30,448 bases of DNA, taken from the IMG/VR virus record IMGVR_UViG_3300045988_004183, positions 1 through 30,448 of that record; one strand, given 5' to 3'. Positions 1 to 7,068 of this stretch are shown in pieces. Made by a program: the position numbers and the translations under genes. This DNA is from a virus. Under the pieces are notes generated by a model. It saw only the letters and a list, made by a program, of their open reading frames with translations, had not been told where the DNA came from and ran no database searches. How positions within the stretch are numbered: position 1 is the stretch's first letter; each line of letters starts with the position of its first letter.

Positions 1-95
1 GACCCTGTACCGACCCCAAAACCTGCTTTTGACCCCTCAAAACCTGCTTTTGACCCCTCAAAACCTGCTTTTGACCTACCCCAAAACGAGGTTTT
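1..95. repeat. Iteron array (putative origin of replication) inside the replication gene
   Basis: Direct repeats with about 21-bp period: GACCCCAAAACCTGCTTTT (12-30), GACCCCTCAAAACCTGCTTTT (31-51 and 52-72), GACCTACCCCAAAACGAGGTTTT (73-95). An A-rich stretch with ACCCAAGA(G)AACAA repeats follows at about 96-160. Confidence 0.7.
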
Positions 96-582
96 GACTA
101 ACAATACCCAAGAGAACAAAACCCAAGAACAATACCTGCGCGAAGAAGAAAAAATCACAGTCTCATGCCATTCGGTGGATACGCTCAAGGCGCTCATGGA
201 GTTGTGGCCGAAGAAATGCAGGGTGTCCAACGAATTCATTCAGTGCTTCAATCAGGCATTCGATGAGGTTGGTGCCGATGCGCTTATGAGAGCGGCGAAA
301 CGCTTCGTAGAATCGTGCGACGGTACTCCATTGCAGTATGTGCGGACTCTCCCCGTATGGTTGGCCAACTCGGTCAATTGGAGGGGCCAGAAGCAGGATC
401 AGCGCAGCGAAGCCCGGTTGTCGAAGTGGATGGCTAGGAGGCTTCCAGATTCCATGGCTGCGGACGTGGAGACGGTTCTGCGGGCGAGGCGCGCGTATTG
501 GGGTGCCGCAGGTGGTGTGGAGGCTCTGGAACGTGAGTTCTTCCCGGACGCTGAGAATGGTGGCAATTTGCAACAGAACTAA
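1..582 (+). CDS. Replication initiator / replisome-organiser protein, C-terminal part (same ORF as 30088..30448, joined across the circular junction)
   Basis: Frame 1 is open from base 1 (DPVPTPKPAFDPSKPAFD...) to TAA at 580-582. Bases 1-55 equal 30394-30448 and the frame continues from the ATG at 30088, giving one protein of about 295 aa. Confidence 0.8.
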   Translation, partial: DPVPTPKPAFDPSKPAFDPSKPAFDLPQNEVLTNNTQENKTQEQYLREEEKITVSCHSVDTLKALMELWPKKCRVSNEFIQCFNQAFDEVGADALMRAAKRFVESCDGTPLQYVRTLPVWLANSVNWRGQKQDQRSEARLSKWMARRLPDSMAADVETVLRARRAYWGAAGGVEALEREFFPDAENGGNLQQN

Positions 583-596
583 CAATGTGATATAAT
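568..596 (+). promoter_or_regulatory. Early promoter P1 (near-consensus sigma70 type, extended -10)
   Basis: -35 TTGCAA (568-573), 17-bp spacer, TGTGATATAAT with -10 TATAAT at 591-596. It lies just after the rep stop codon and upstream of the 625 CDS. Confidence 0.7.
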
Positions 597-608
597 GTAT
601 ATATCACA
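586..608. promoter_or_regulatory. Perfect palindromic operator-like site overlapping P1 -10 and the start site
   Basis: TGTGATATA (586-594) and TATATCACA (600-608) are exact reverse complements separated by 5 bp. The same arrangement recurs at 7697-7719. Confidence 0.6.
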
Positions 609-624
609 CATGGAAAGGATGCAT

Positions 625-1023
625 ATGAAGATCTACACAAACCGATACCGCGACTTTAATCCTGCTCAAGGCATACCGGTACGCATAACGTACGGTTCGC
701 CACGATGGCGTCTGTCATACACAATCGCAGCATCGGCGAAAACAGTAACGCCGGGCCGATGGTTCATGGAAGGAACCGACGAAGAATTCACTGAACGGTA
801 TCGTTCCATGCTGGACTCGCACGGTGTCGCCCGCATCAGAACGGAACTTGAAACAATATCGCAACTCAACGGCGGTAAAGACATCGTGCTTCTATGCTTC
901 GACGATGTAAGCAAAGGCTTGTGCCACCGAACGCTTTTCGCCCGATGGTGGCAGGAAAAGACCGGTGAAGAAGTCAAGGAATTACAAAAAGGTTTGGAGG
1001 TCGAACAAAATGTGCTATTCTGA
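625..1023 (+). CDS. DUF488-family protein
   Basis: In frame with track ORF 595..1023. ATG 625 follows GGAAAGGA with 5-nt spacing. MKIYTNRY... start and LLCF..(x)..CHR motif are typical of DUF488 as I recall the family. Confidence 0.7.
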   Translation: MKIYTNRYRDFNPAQGIPVRITYGSPRWRLSYTIAASAKTVTPGRWFMEGTDEEFTERYRSMLDSHGVARIRTELETISQLNGGKDIVLLCFDDVSKGLCHRTLFARWWQEKTGEEVKELQKGLEVEQNVLF

Positions 1024-1037
1024 TTACTGTTGCCATT

Positions 1038-1110
1038 CCGCCCCTAGCTCACCGGATAGAGCGCCTTGTCTCGAACAGGGAGGCACCAAGTTCGACTCTT
1101 GGGGGGCGGT
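1038..1110 (+). tRNA. tRNA, probable tRNA-Arg (anticodon UCG), atypical anticodon loop
   Basis: Hand-folded cloverleaf. Acceptor CCGCCCC/GGGGCGG (7 GC pairs), U8 A9, D stem GCTC/GAGC with loop ACCGGATA. Anticodon stem CCTTG/CAGGG with loop TCTCGAA. Variable loop of 5 nt, T arm CCAAG-TTCGACT-CTTGG. No encoded CCA. Confidence 0.85.
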
Positions 1111-1113
1111 CTG

Positions 1114-2520
1114 ATGGCAGGTTTCAACTCACCGTCCATACTGTTCCTCAACACTTGGGATAAGCCCGAACGTGATTGGAACGGGAATCTGTTTAGGCAG
1201 GCACTCGCGTCAGGGTATACGCGATACGTCGAACTGTACGCCGGAGCCTTCGCGAACTGCATGGTCGCCGTGGAGAACGGTTGGAAGCCGGAGCAGATCG
1301 AGGCGTGCGACGTGTGGGCGTACACCGCAGCGCTCGGATATGCGTATAGCGGGACGCCTCTCACTGAAATGGGAGCAACGGTTGACGGTTCACCAGTACC
1401 GCTCTCCGGGAACGCTGCGGATGACGCGGCTACCGTAATCATGGCGCAATACCGTATGCGTCTCAGCAAGCACGAAGATGTCGATTACTACCGTGAGCTT
1501 CTGGCTGATCTTGACATCAACGACTCGGAACACGTCGGCCAGTTACGGGAGCGAATCGCATCGAATATGGTCAGACTGGGTGGGGTGAAATATGAGGCCA
1601 CCGACCCGATGAAGTACGCGGAACGTATCATGGACGATCCGCACACCATCGTGTTCGCCAATCCTCCTACGTATCCGGGCGCTTATGAAAAGTTCTTCGA
1701 TACCGGGGGTAGGTTCCAATGGGCGGAACCTGAATACAACGTGTTCAATGCTCCCGTTGATATTCCCAAGCTCTGTAAGCTGTTCGATGGTCGTAAGGCG
1801 TTGCTGATATGCCAGCAGCAGCAAACGCCCGGAAACGCCGCAACGACTAGCCCGGTCTACGCTAGGCGTCTGGGTCTGGACAGTGTGATTTACATGAATT
1901 CCAACCGTCCGAACGAGATCAAACGTCTTGTCGGCGGTAACATGGTGACTGTGGCGGCGTCGAAATCGTCGGAGATACCGATACCGATATTGCCCAGAGA
2001 TCATCGGATTACCGAACGTTCCAAAATCGAGGTCGTACCGTTGCATGATAGCGCGGCCCAAGACTCGTATCTGCAAGTCATGCGGCACAGGATATCGGGA
2101 AACGTAAGTTCGATGTGTGTTCTCGTATTAATCGACGGTTACGTTGCCGGGATCATCGGATATGGTTTGCCGAACTTTATGTACACGACTCGATATGCGG
2201 TATTGCGTCAAGCGTTCGGTGTATCCCACGAACGGTATCGGCTTACGAAGCTGGTCACGATGATAGCGTTGCGTCGTTCCACGTTCCAGCTCTGCGCTAC
2301 GCCCAAGTCGCAGCTCATCGTTGATGCGTGCGATCAGCTGGCAACCGTTGAGTACACGCGATACCCAGAGGCGAAGGGGTTGCGCGGCCTGATGAAGCTG
2401 GACAGACGCGACCGCAAGAACGGACAGTACCAATTGCAGTATAAGAGCGATTGGCACGACGAGATCGGCTTAAGGAACATTCTCGGACAGTTCCTAGCCA
2501 AGGAGAACAGGAGGAAATAA
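1114..2520 (+). CDS. Putative DNA N6-adenine methyltransferase (Dam-like alpha-class order) with a large C-terminal extension
   Basis: Track ORF 1066..2520 overlaps the tRNA. First ATG after the tRNA is 1114, with the G-run of the tRNA 3' end acting as an SD. ELYAGAFA (motif I-like) lies about 150 aa before FANPPTYPG (motif IV-like). About 210 extra C-terminal residues are of unknown function. Confidence 0.5.
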   Translation: MAGFNSPSILFLNTWDKPERDWNGNLFRQALASGYTRYVELYAGAFANCMVAVENGWKPEQIEACDVWAYTAALGYAYSGTPLTEMGATVDGSPVPLSGNAADDAATVIMAQYRMRLSKHEDVDYYRELLADLDINDSEHVGQLRERIASNMVRLGGVKYEATDPMKYAERIMDDPHTIVFANPPTYPGAYEKFFDTGGRFQWAEPEYNVFNAPVDIPKLCKLFDGRKALLICQQQQTPGNAATTSPVYARRLGLDSVIYMNSNRPNEIKRLVGGNMVTVAASKSSEIPIPILPRDHRITERSKIEVVPLHDSAAQDSYLQVMRHRISGNVSSMCVLVLIDGYVAGIIGYGLPNFMYTTRYAVLRQAFGVSHERYRLTKLVTMIALRRSTFQLCATPKSQLIVDACDQLATVEYTRYPEAKGLRGLMKLDRRDRKNGQYQLQYKSDWHDEIGLRNILGQFLAKENRRK

Positions 2521-3230
2521 TGGCCGATATCGACACGTCGCAAGAAATGACCATAGCCGACGGTTTGGTAATCAAGTGGGTTGATGTGGTCAATCTCAAG
2601 GAACAAGACCTGAACGCGCAAGTCATGGAACCGCGTAAGTTCGACGCTCTGACACAGAACATCAAGCTACGGGGGATGTTGGAGTCATTGCCGTACTGTT
2701 CGCAACCGAACGGAGAAGGGCCGATAAGTATTGTTTCCGGCCATCATCGTACAAGAGCCGCCGCCCGCGCCGGTATCCAACGTATCCCGGTTATCGTGGA
2801 CACGAAACCTATGACACGTTCCACCATAACGGCGAAGCAGATAGCCGCCAACGAACTCACCGGCCACGCCGACGAGAAACTACTGGCGCAGTTGGTCACT
2901 CAGATGGACAACGTAGACGACTTGTTGCTGAGCGGGCTTGATCAGGACAGTCTACCGCACGTAGAACCGCAGCAAGTCAACCTGAACGGTTTGAATGTGA
3001 AATACGAGTATAAGAACGTGGAGTTTTTGTTTCTGACTCGCGAATACGAGGAACTTGAACAGTTCGTGGATGATTGCAACGCGGATATGCTCGGGTTGGT
3101 GCCTATGGAATTGTACGACGAGTTCGTGCATCAGGTGACATCGTTCGCTTCACGTAATGGAATCAAGAATATGGCTGCTGCGGTTTCCAAGATCATCGAG
3201 ATAGCAAGGAAAGACGCCGAGGAAGAGTGA
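2520..3230 (+). CDS. ParB-like nuclease (ParB/Srx N-terminal) domain protein
   Basis: ATG 2520 overlaps the upstream TAA (TAATG) and follows AGGAGAACAGGAGGA. ISIVSGHHRTRAAARAGIQRIPVIV matches the ParB-N GxxR/HHR box. Confidence 0.7.
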   Translation: MADIDTSQEMTIADGLVIKWVDVVNLKEQDLNAQVMEPRKFDALTQNIKLRGMLESLPYCSQPNGEGPISIVSGHHRTRAAARAGIQRIPVIVDTKPMTRSTITAKQIAANELTGHADEKLLAQLVTQMDNVDDLLLSGLDQDSLPHVEPQQVNLNGLNVKYEYKNVEFLFLTREYEELEQFVDDCNADMLGLVPMELYDEFVHQVTSFASRNGIKNMAAAVSKIIEIARKDAEEE

Positions 3231-3234
3231 TTAC

Positions 3235-3262
3235 AGGCCGGGCGAGTCCCGGCCTTTTTTTG
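3235..3262 (+). terminator. Rho-independent terminator
   Basis: AGGCCGGG-cgagt-CCCGGCCT followed by a T7 run, 5 nt after the stop at 3230. Confidence 0.85.
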
Positions 3263-3263
3263 T

Positions 3264-3293
3264 TTGCATCACAAGACACAATGTGATATAATA
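3264..3293 (+). promoter_or_regulatory. Early promoter P2 (extended -10)
   Basis: -35 TTGCAT (3264-3269), 18-bp spacer, TGTGATATAAT (3283-3293). Confidence 0.65.
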
Positions 3294-3294
3294 A

Positions 3295-3320
3295 ATATAT
3301 CAAGCAATAAGGCTTGATCT
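3295..3320 (+). other. Conserved 5'-leader stem-loop, copy 1
   Basis: ATATATCAAGCAATAAGGCTTGATCT. Stem ATCAAGC (3299-3305) / GCTTGAT (3312-3318) starts a few nt after the -10. Copy at 3873-3898 differs at 1 position. Confidence 0.6.
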
Positions 3321-3344
3321 ATTCCATAAACAAGGAGTATCGAA

Positions 3345-3704
3345 ATGCGTGATGAAAACACTTTCGCAACGGCATACCGTTCCGACTTGCGGGATGAAAT
3401 CGTTGAAACCCTCAAGGATTATGCGGACGGCATTACGCCGACCTACCAATGGTGCTGGGACCAGTATGACGACGTTGAGCTTCCAGTTACCGGCAACGAT
3501 AACGGTTCCTGGACGTGCAACGCTAGCAAGAGTTCCGAGAATATGCAGAACGTCATGTTCTCAGATGACTGGGATGGGTTCGGCGCTAGCGATTACGCTT
3601 ACGACGCACCCTTTGATAATTCTGAAGAACTTGAGGTTCTCTACCGTACTTGGCTGTTCTCCGAAGAGTTTGACAATGCGGTTTCCGAACTGCTTGCAGA
3701 GTGA
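3345..3704 (+). CDS. Small, highly acidic early protein (function unknown; DNA-mimic/anti-restriction is only a guess)
   Basis: AAGGAG 7 nt upstream of the ATG. 119 aa with many D/E and few K/R by eye. First gene after P2. Confidence 0.75.
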   Translation: MRDENTFATAYRSDLRDEIVETLKDYADGITPTYQWCWDQYDDVELPVTGNDNGSWTCNASKSSENMQNVMFSDDWDGFGASDYAYDAPFDNSEELEVLYRTWLFSEEFDNAVSELLAE

Positions 3705-3841
3705 GGCGTGAGGGGAACGTAAGTAGTCTCCCTACATTCCGGGCTTTCGGGCGTGAGCCTACCAATCACGCCCCATCAATCACCATCGATCATCAAGGAA
3801 AGGAAAACATCATGGTAATGCTGAGAAATACAGACATCAGT

Positions 3842-3870
3842 TTGTAATATCACACAACATGTGCTATAAT
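3842..3870 (+). promoter_or_regulatory. Early promoter P3 (extended -10)
   Basis: -35 TTGTAA (3842-3847), 17-bp spacer containing ATATCACA, then TGC-TATAAT (3862-3870). Confidence 0.65.
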
Positions 3871-3872
3871 GG

Positions 3873-3898
3873 ATATATCAAGCAATAGGGCTTGATCT
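3873..3898 (+). other. Conserved 5'-leader stem-loop, copy 2
   Basis: ATATATCAAGCAATAGGGCTTGATCT. Stem 3877-3883 / 3890-3896. Same position relative to the -10 as copy 1. Confidence 0.6.
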
Positions 3899-3919
3899 TA
3901 TACCCCAAGGAGGTCCACA

Positions 3920-4381
3920 ATGAACAACAATCTGAAGCCCATCGACCAACTGCTCGACAACTGGAAAGCCAACATCATCGAACAAGTCCCGGCCCTCTAC
4001 AAGCAGTACAAGGAAAAGCGTGGAGCCATCTGGCACGATCCCGAGCTCGACAGCTATGGCAAGCTTGAGGCTCAGGCCGACCTTAAAAGCGCCTATGGCA
4101 AGATAGTCGTAGAACATGGATACGACTCCGTTTACGACCCCGTAAAGTTCGCCATGTTCCTCGACAAGGAAGCCGCCTGCAAGAAGGCCGACATCATCGA
4201 CCGTTGCAACGCCAAGGCCGGAGGCATAGATGAAGTCGAGTGGACCTACATCGGCCCCGATGGAAGAATCAACGGCATCATCTCCGGACCCAAGGGTCGC
4301 TTCTCGATCAAGAGCATTTTCGCGGGAGGATACAACATCCAGTGCCTCCATGTGAGGGTCCTAGTCCACAAACTCAAGTAA
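3920..4381 (+). CDS. Hypothetical early protein
   Basis: Track ORF. AAGGAGG 6 nt upstream of the ATG. No motif I can name. Confidence 0.75.
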   Translation: MNNNLKPIDQLLDNWKANIIEQVPALYKQYKEKRGAIWHDPELDSYGKLEAQADLKSAYGKIVVEHGYDSVYDPVKFAMFLDKEAACKKADIIDRCNAKAGGIDEVEWTYIGPDGRINGIISGPKGRFSIKSIFAGGYNIQCLHVRVLVHKLK

Positions 4382-4390
4382 TCACACTCG

Positions 4391-4413
4391 CCTCGCGGCC
4401 AGCAGCCGCGAGG
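4391..4413 (+). other. GC-rich hairpin between genes (possible attenuator or RNA-stability element)
   Basis: CCTCGCGGC-cagca-GCCGCGAGG. No clean T-run follows (TACCTTATATAT). Confidence 0.4.
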
Positions 4414-4453
4414 TACCTTATATATCATCACACTATCAGAAAGGAACATTGAG

Positions 4454-5047
4454 ATGGCAACCAACAACCTCAGCAACAAGTTCATGCGGGTACTCAACGA
4501 AGTCCCCAACTTCGTGACCGACGAAACCGCACAGGCAGGCAACCGGACTTACAAGTACCTCAACCTCGCCACGATACTCAAAACCATCAAACCCGTTTTC
4601 GAGAAGCACGGGCTTGCATTCAGCCAGCGCGTCACGTTCGACAACACGGGAGAAGCGCGACAGGTCATCGGAACAGTAGAAACCATCATCTTCGACGATG
4701 AAGAACAGATGGTGGCCTGCTCCTACCCGTTCTTCGTGACTGGCGACCCCCAGCAGGTCGGCAGCGCGATCACCTACGCACGCCGCTACAGTCTCTACGC
4801 GGTGTTGGGCATCTTCCCCGACAAGGACGACGACGGCGCGTATGCGAAACAGCGTTACGATACTGCCGACCGTACCATCAGCGCCGAACAGTACGCCGAG
4901 CTGGTCAAGGCGATGGACGTCCACAACATCCCGTCCGAGGCACGCGGCGAGTTCATCAACGGCACTCTGAACCGTCAGGTCAGGGGATGGCGTGGACTCA
5001 CCCAAACCGATTTCCGGAATCTGATGAACGCCATCAACCGAGTGTGA
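4454..5047 (+). CDS. erf: ERF-family single-strand annealing protein
   Basis: RTYKYLNLATILKTIKPVFEKHGL and GSAITYARRYSLYAVLGI...DDDG are hallmark ERF blocks. RBS GAAAGGA. Confidence 0.85.
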   Translation: MATNNLSNKFMRVLNEVPNFVTDETAQAGNRTYKYLNLATILKTIKPVFEKHGLAFSQRVTFDNTGEARQVIGTVETIIFDDEEQMVACSYPFFVTGDPQQVGSAITYARRYSLYAVLGIFPDKDDDGAYAKQRYDTADRTISAEQYAELVKAMDVHNIPSEARGEFINGTLNRQVRGWRGLTQTDFRNLMNAINRV

Positions 5048-5075
5048 ATTGAACCAAAGAATTGGAGGATCTGAA

Positions 5076-5300
5076 ATGAATCAACAGAAGAACAACCACG
5101 ACAGCAAACCCGAAGCAACGAAGCCGAACTACACGCTCCGCCGTCTGAAGTTCGCAGCCGCCATCATCGGATTCGTGAGCAGCATGACCCTGCTGTTCAC
5201 GTGGCGGACGGCGGACTCGCAGGCCGCGACCGTCCTTGTGATCGTCATCTACCTGTTGACCGGCCTATGGCTGACCGTGCGGTTCGCCCCACGAGATTAA
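5076..5300 (+). CDS. Small membrane protein (two predicted TM segments)
   Basis: ATG 5076 follows GGAGGA. Hydrophobic stretches AAAIIGFVSSMTLLF and VLVIVIYLLTGLWLTV. Confidence 0.6.
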   Translation: MNQQKNNHDSKPEATKPNYTLRRLKFAAAIIGFVSSMTLLFTWRTADSQAATVLVIVIYLLTGLWLTVRFAPRD

Positions 5301-5511
5301 AGACTTCCCACCAGCCGACAGTCCACCGAAACAAACCATTGGGATGTTTTCGCGGACATCCACGTTCACCATTGTTGGCTGGCGGGAACCATAACTGAAT
5401 ATCGACAAACAAACAAAAATCCGCCACGGCGTTTACATACACCGTTCTGTCGTGGCATTCGGCTGGGCGGGACTCATCACCCGCCCACACCCAACAGAAA
5501 GGACAACCACA

Positions 5512-6420
5512 ATGAAGATCATCAATGTATCGCAAGCCACCGAAACCGAAGCATGGCTCGATGAACGCATGGGCCGTATCACCGGCACTAAAAGCGGCGG
5601 ACTCGCATTGGAACACTACACCCAGACCGACGTGAACAAACTCGTGGAATACCGAGACAAGGCGTTGGAACAGGCAAAGAAAGCGAAGACGCCCGACAAG
5701 GCCAACGAGTATTACAGCAAAGCTCAGGGGTATGACATCAAGATCACCGAAGCCGAAGCCAAGAACAAGCGGCTGAAAGTCGGCGTTGACTTCTGGAAAT
5801 TCCTAGCGGAACTGTGGGCCGAACCAGCGAACGGTGAACCGCCGATGGAACGCGGCCACCGTCTCGAACCCGAGAACATCCAGACCACACTCAAAACGCT
5901 CGGATTCGACCCCGGCGATTGCGTCACCGACTGCGGTATCTGGGAGAGTGACGATGATGACCGTATCGCTTGCAGTCCAGACGCCTACGAGAACACTGAG
6001 AAGCCGACGTGGGCCATCGAATGCAAGTCGCTCGGCTCCGCCTACCATTTGCAGACCGTCGTACCGTGGATGATGCACACCGACGCCATGCGATCCCATA
6101 TCGCCAACCTGAAACCCGAACTGGTCGAGGTCATCGAACAGGTGTTGCCCGAGGACACGCTCGACAGCAAGGCTACCGGCTTCGACTTCCTCCCAGACCA
6201 GTACAAGGCGCAGGTGCTCCAATACTTCGTGGTGTGCGATTCGCTGGAAGTCCTGTATTTCTCGATGTTCGACCCGCGCGTGGTAGGAGCTGCACACCAT
6301 CAGGTCATTCCCGTGTACCGCAAGGACATCACCGAACAGATCGAAGAGCATAAGCGTCGCCAGTTGGCCACGCTCCATATCTCCGACGTGCTGGCCGACG
6401 CTCTGGGGGTGACGTTCTGA
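5512..6420 (+). CDS. YqaJ-like (PD-(D/E)XK) recombination exonuclease
   Basis: ATG 5512 follows GAAAGGA. WLDERMGRITGTKSG near the N-terminus, then ...SPDA... and IECKS (D...ExK). Partner of the ERF gene. Confidence 0.75.
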   Translation: MKIINVSQATETEAWLDERMGRITGTKSGGLALEHYTQTDVNKLVEYRDKALEQAKKAKTPDKANEYYSKAQGYDIKITEAEAKNKRLKVGVDFWKFLAELWAEPANGEPPMERGHRLEPENIQTTLKTLGFDPGDCVTDCGIWESDDDDRIACSPDAYENTEKPTWAIECKSLGSAYHLQTVVPWMMHTDAMRSHIANLKPELVEVIEQVLPEDTLDSKATGFDFLPDQYKAQVLQYFVVCDSLEVLYFSMFDPRVVGAAHHQVIPVYRKDITEQIEEHKRRQLATLHISDVLADALGVTF

Positions 6421-6740
6421 TGAAGACCACGGCAATCTTGGAAAGCCGGGACATGTTCGTCCTGTTCGAAAGTTGTCCCACGTGCAACTGGCAGGACGCC
6501 GGTTATCTGGTGGGGTGCCGCGTGTACGCACAGCAGATGGGTCGTAGGCTCCGTGTCGTGCCGTCTGGGAGTCCCACCGCCAGAGCGATACGCACCATAG
6601 CCAAAGACCAAGGCGTAGGCGTGCGCTATCCGATGATCTTGCTGGACGGATTGATCTACCTCACGCCGAAAGACATCAGCCTAGCCGATTATGTGGCGGA
6701 CGACGAAACCGAAAAAAAGGATGACACTAATGAAGACTGA
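6420..6740 (+). CDS. Hypothetical protein (single CPTC motif)
   Basis: Track ORF. ATG overlaps the upstream TGA (TGATG). Confidence 0.6.
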   Translation: MKTTAILESRDMFVLFESCPTCNWQDAGYLVGCRVYAQQMGRRLRVVPSGSPTARAIRTIAKDQGVGVRYPMILLDGLIYLTPKDISLADYVADDETEKKDDTNED

Positions 6741-7068
6741 CACTTTAACCAGCGATGTGCTGGAACTGTTCGACCGGAACCGTATCACGGTGAACACTCT
6801 TCGTACGTTCGTGGTGGAGAGCGTTGCCGACTTCCTCGGAGACGACAAACACGACAAAGTGTGTGGCAAACTGTTCGACCGCTGGTATCAACACGTTCGC
6901 CGTTCCATCTGGATTGGTGCCGCGCAATACGTCTTGGAACACCACGGATTTAAATACGAGGAAGCCACCAAAGAGGCGAAAAAGCTTTACGAAACCATGT
7001 ACGCGGATTACGACAAGCGGTATAACTGCTGGCGTCGCCACGAGGAAAGGAGAACCAATGAAGACTGA
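6730..7068 (+). CDS. Hypothetical protein
   Basis: In frame with track ORF 6691..7068. ATG 6730 has AAAGGA 8 nt upstream. ATG 6721 is an alternative start. Confidence 0.6.
   Translation: MKTDTLTSDVLELFDRNRITVNTLRTFVVESVADFLGDDKHDKVCGKLFDRWYQHVRRSIWIGAAQYVLEHHGFKYEEATKEAKKLYETMYADYDKRYNCWRRHEERRTNED

Noticed and set aside
1-55. 55-bp direct terminal repeat read as a biological DTR/LTR or as the ends of a mobile element.
   Set aside because: The exact, short overlap with an ORF running through it is best explained as an assembler circularisation overlap.
1-95. Regularly spaced direct repeats that could be mistaken for a CRISPR array. The same question applies to the repeats at 20707-20859.
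   Set aside because: The units are contiguous with no unique spacers of about 30 bp. Both tracts are in frame inside ORFs (a proline-rich linker and G-X-Y triplets). No cas genes are present.
3349-3711. Alternative 120-aa ORF overlapping 3345..3704 in another frame.
   Set aside because: Its ATG is 4 nt downstream of the better-spaced start. Its translation is R/T/S/P-rich low complexity, whereas the 3345 frame gives a coherent acidic protein.
3812-3847. 11-codon mini-ORF (MVMLRNTDISL) with a good SD just upstream of promoter P3.
   Set aside because: It is too short to support as a gene. It may only be incidental sequence in the inter-operon spacer.
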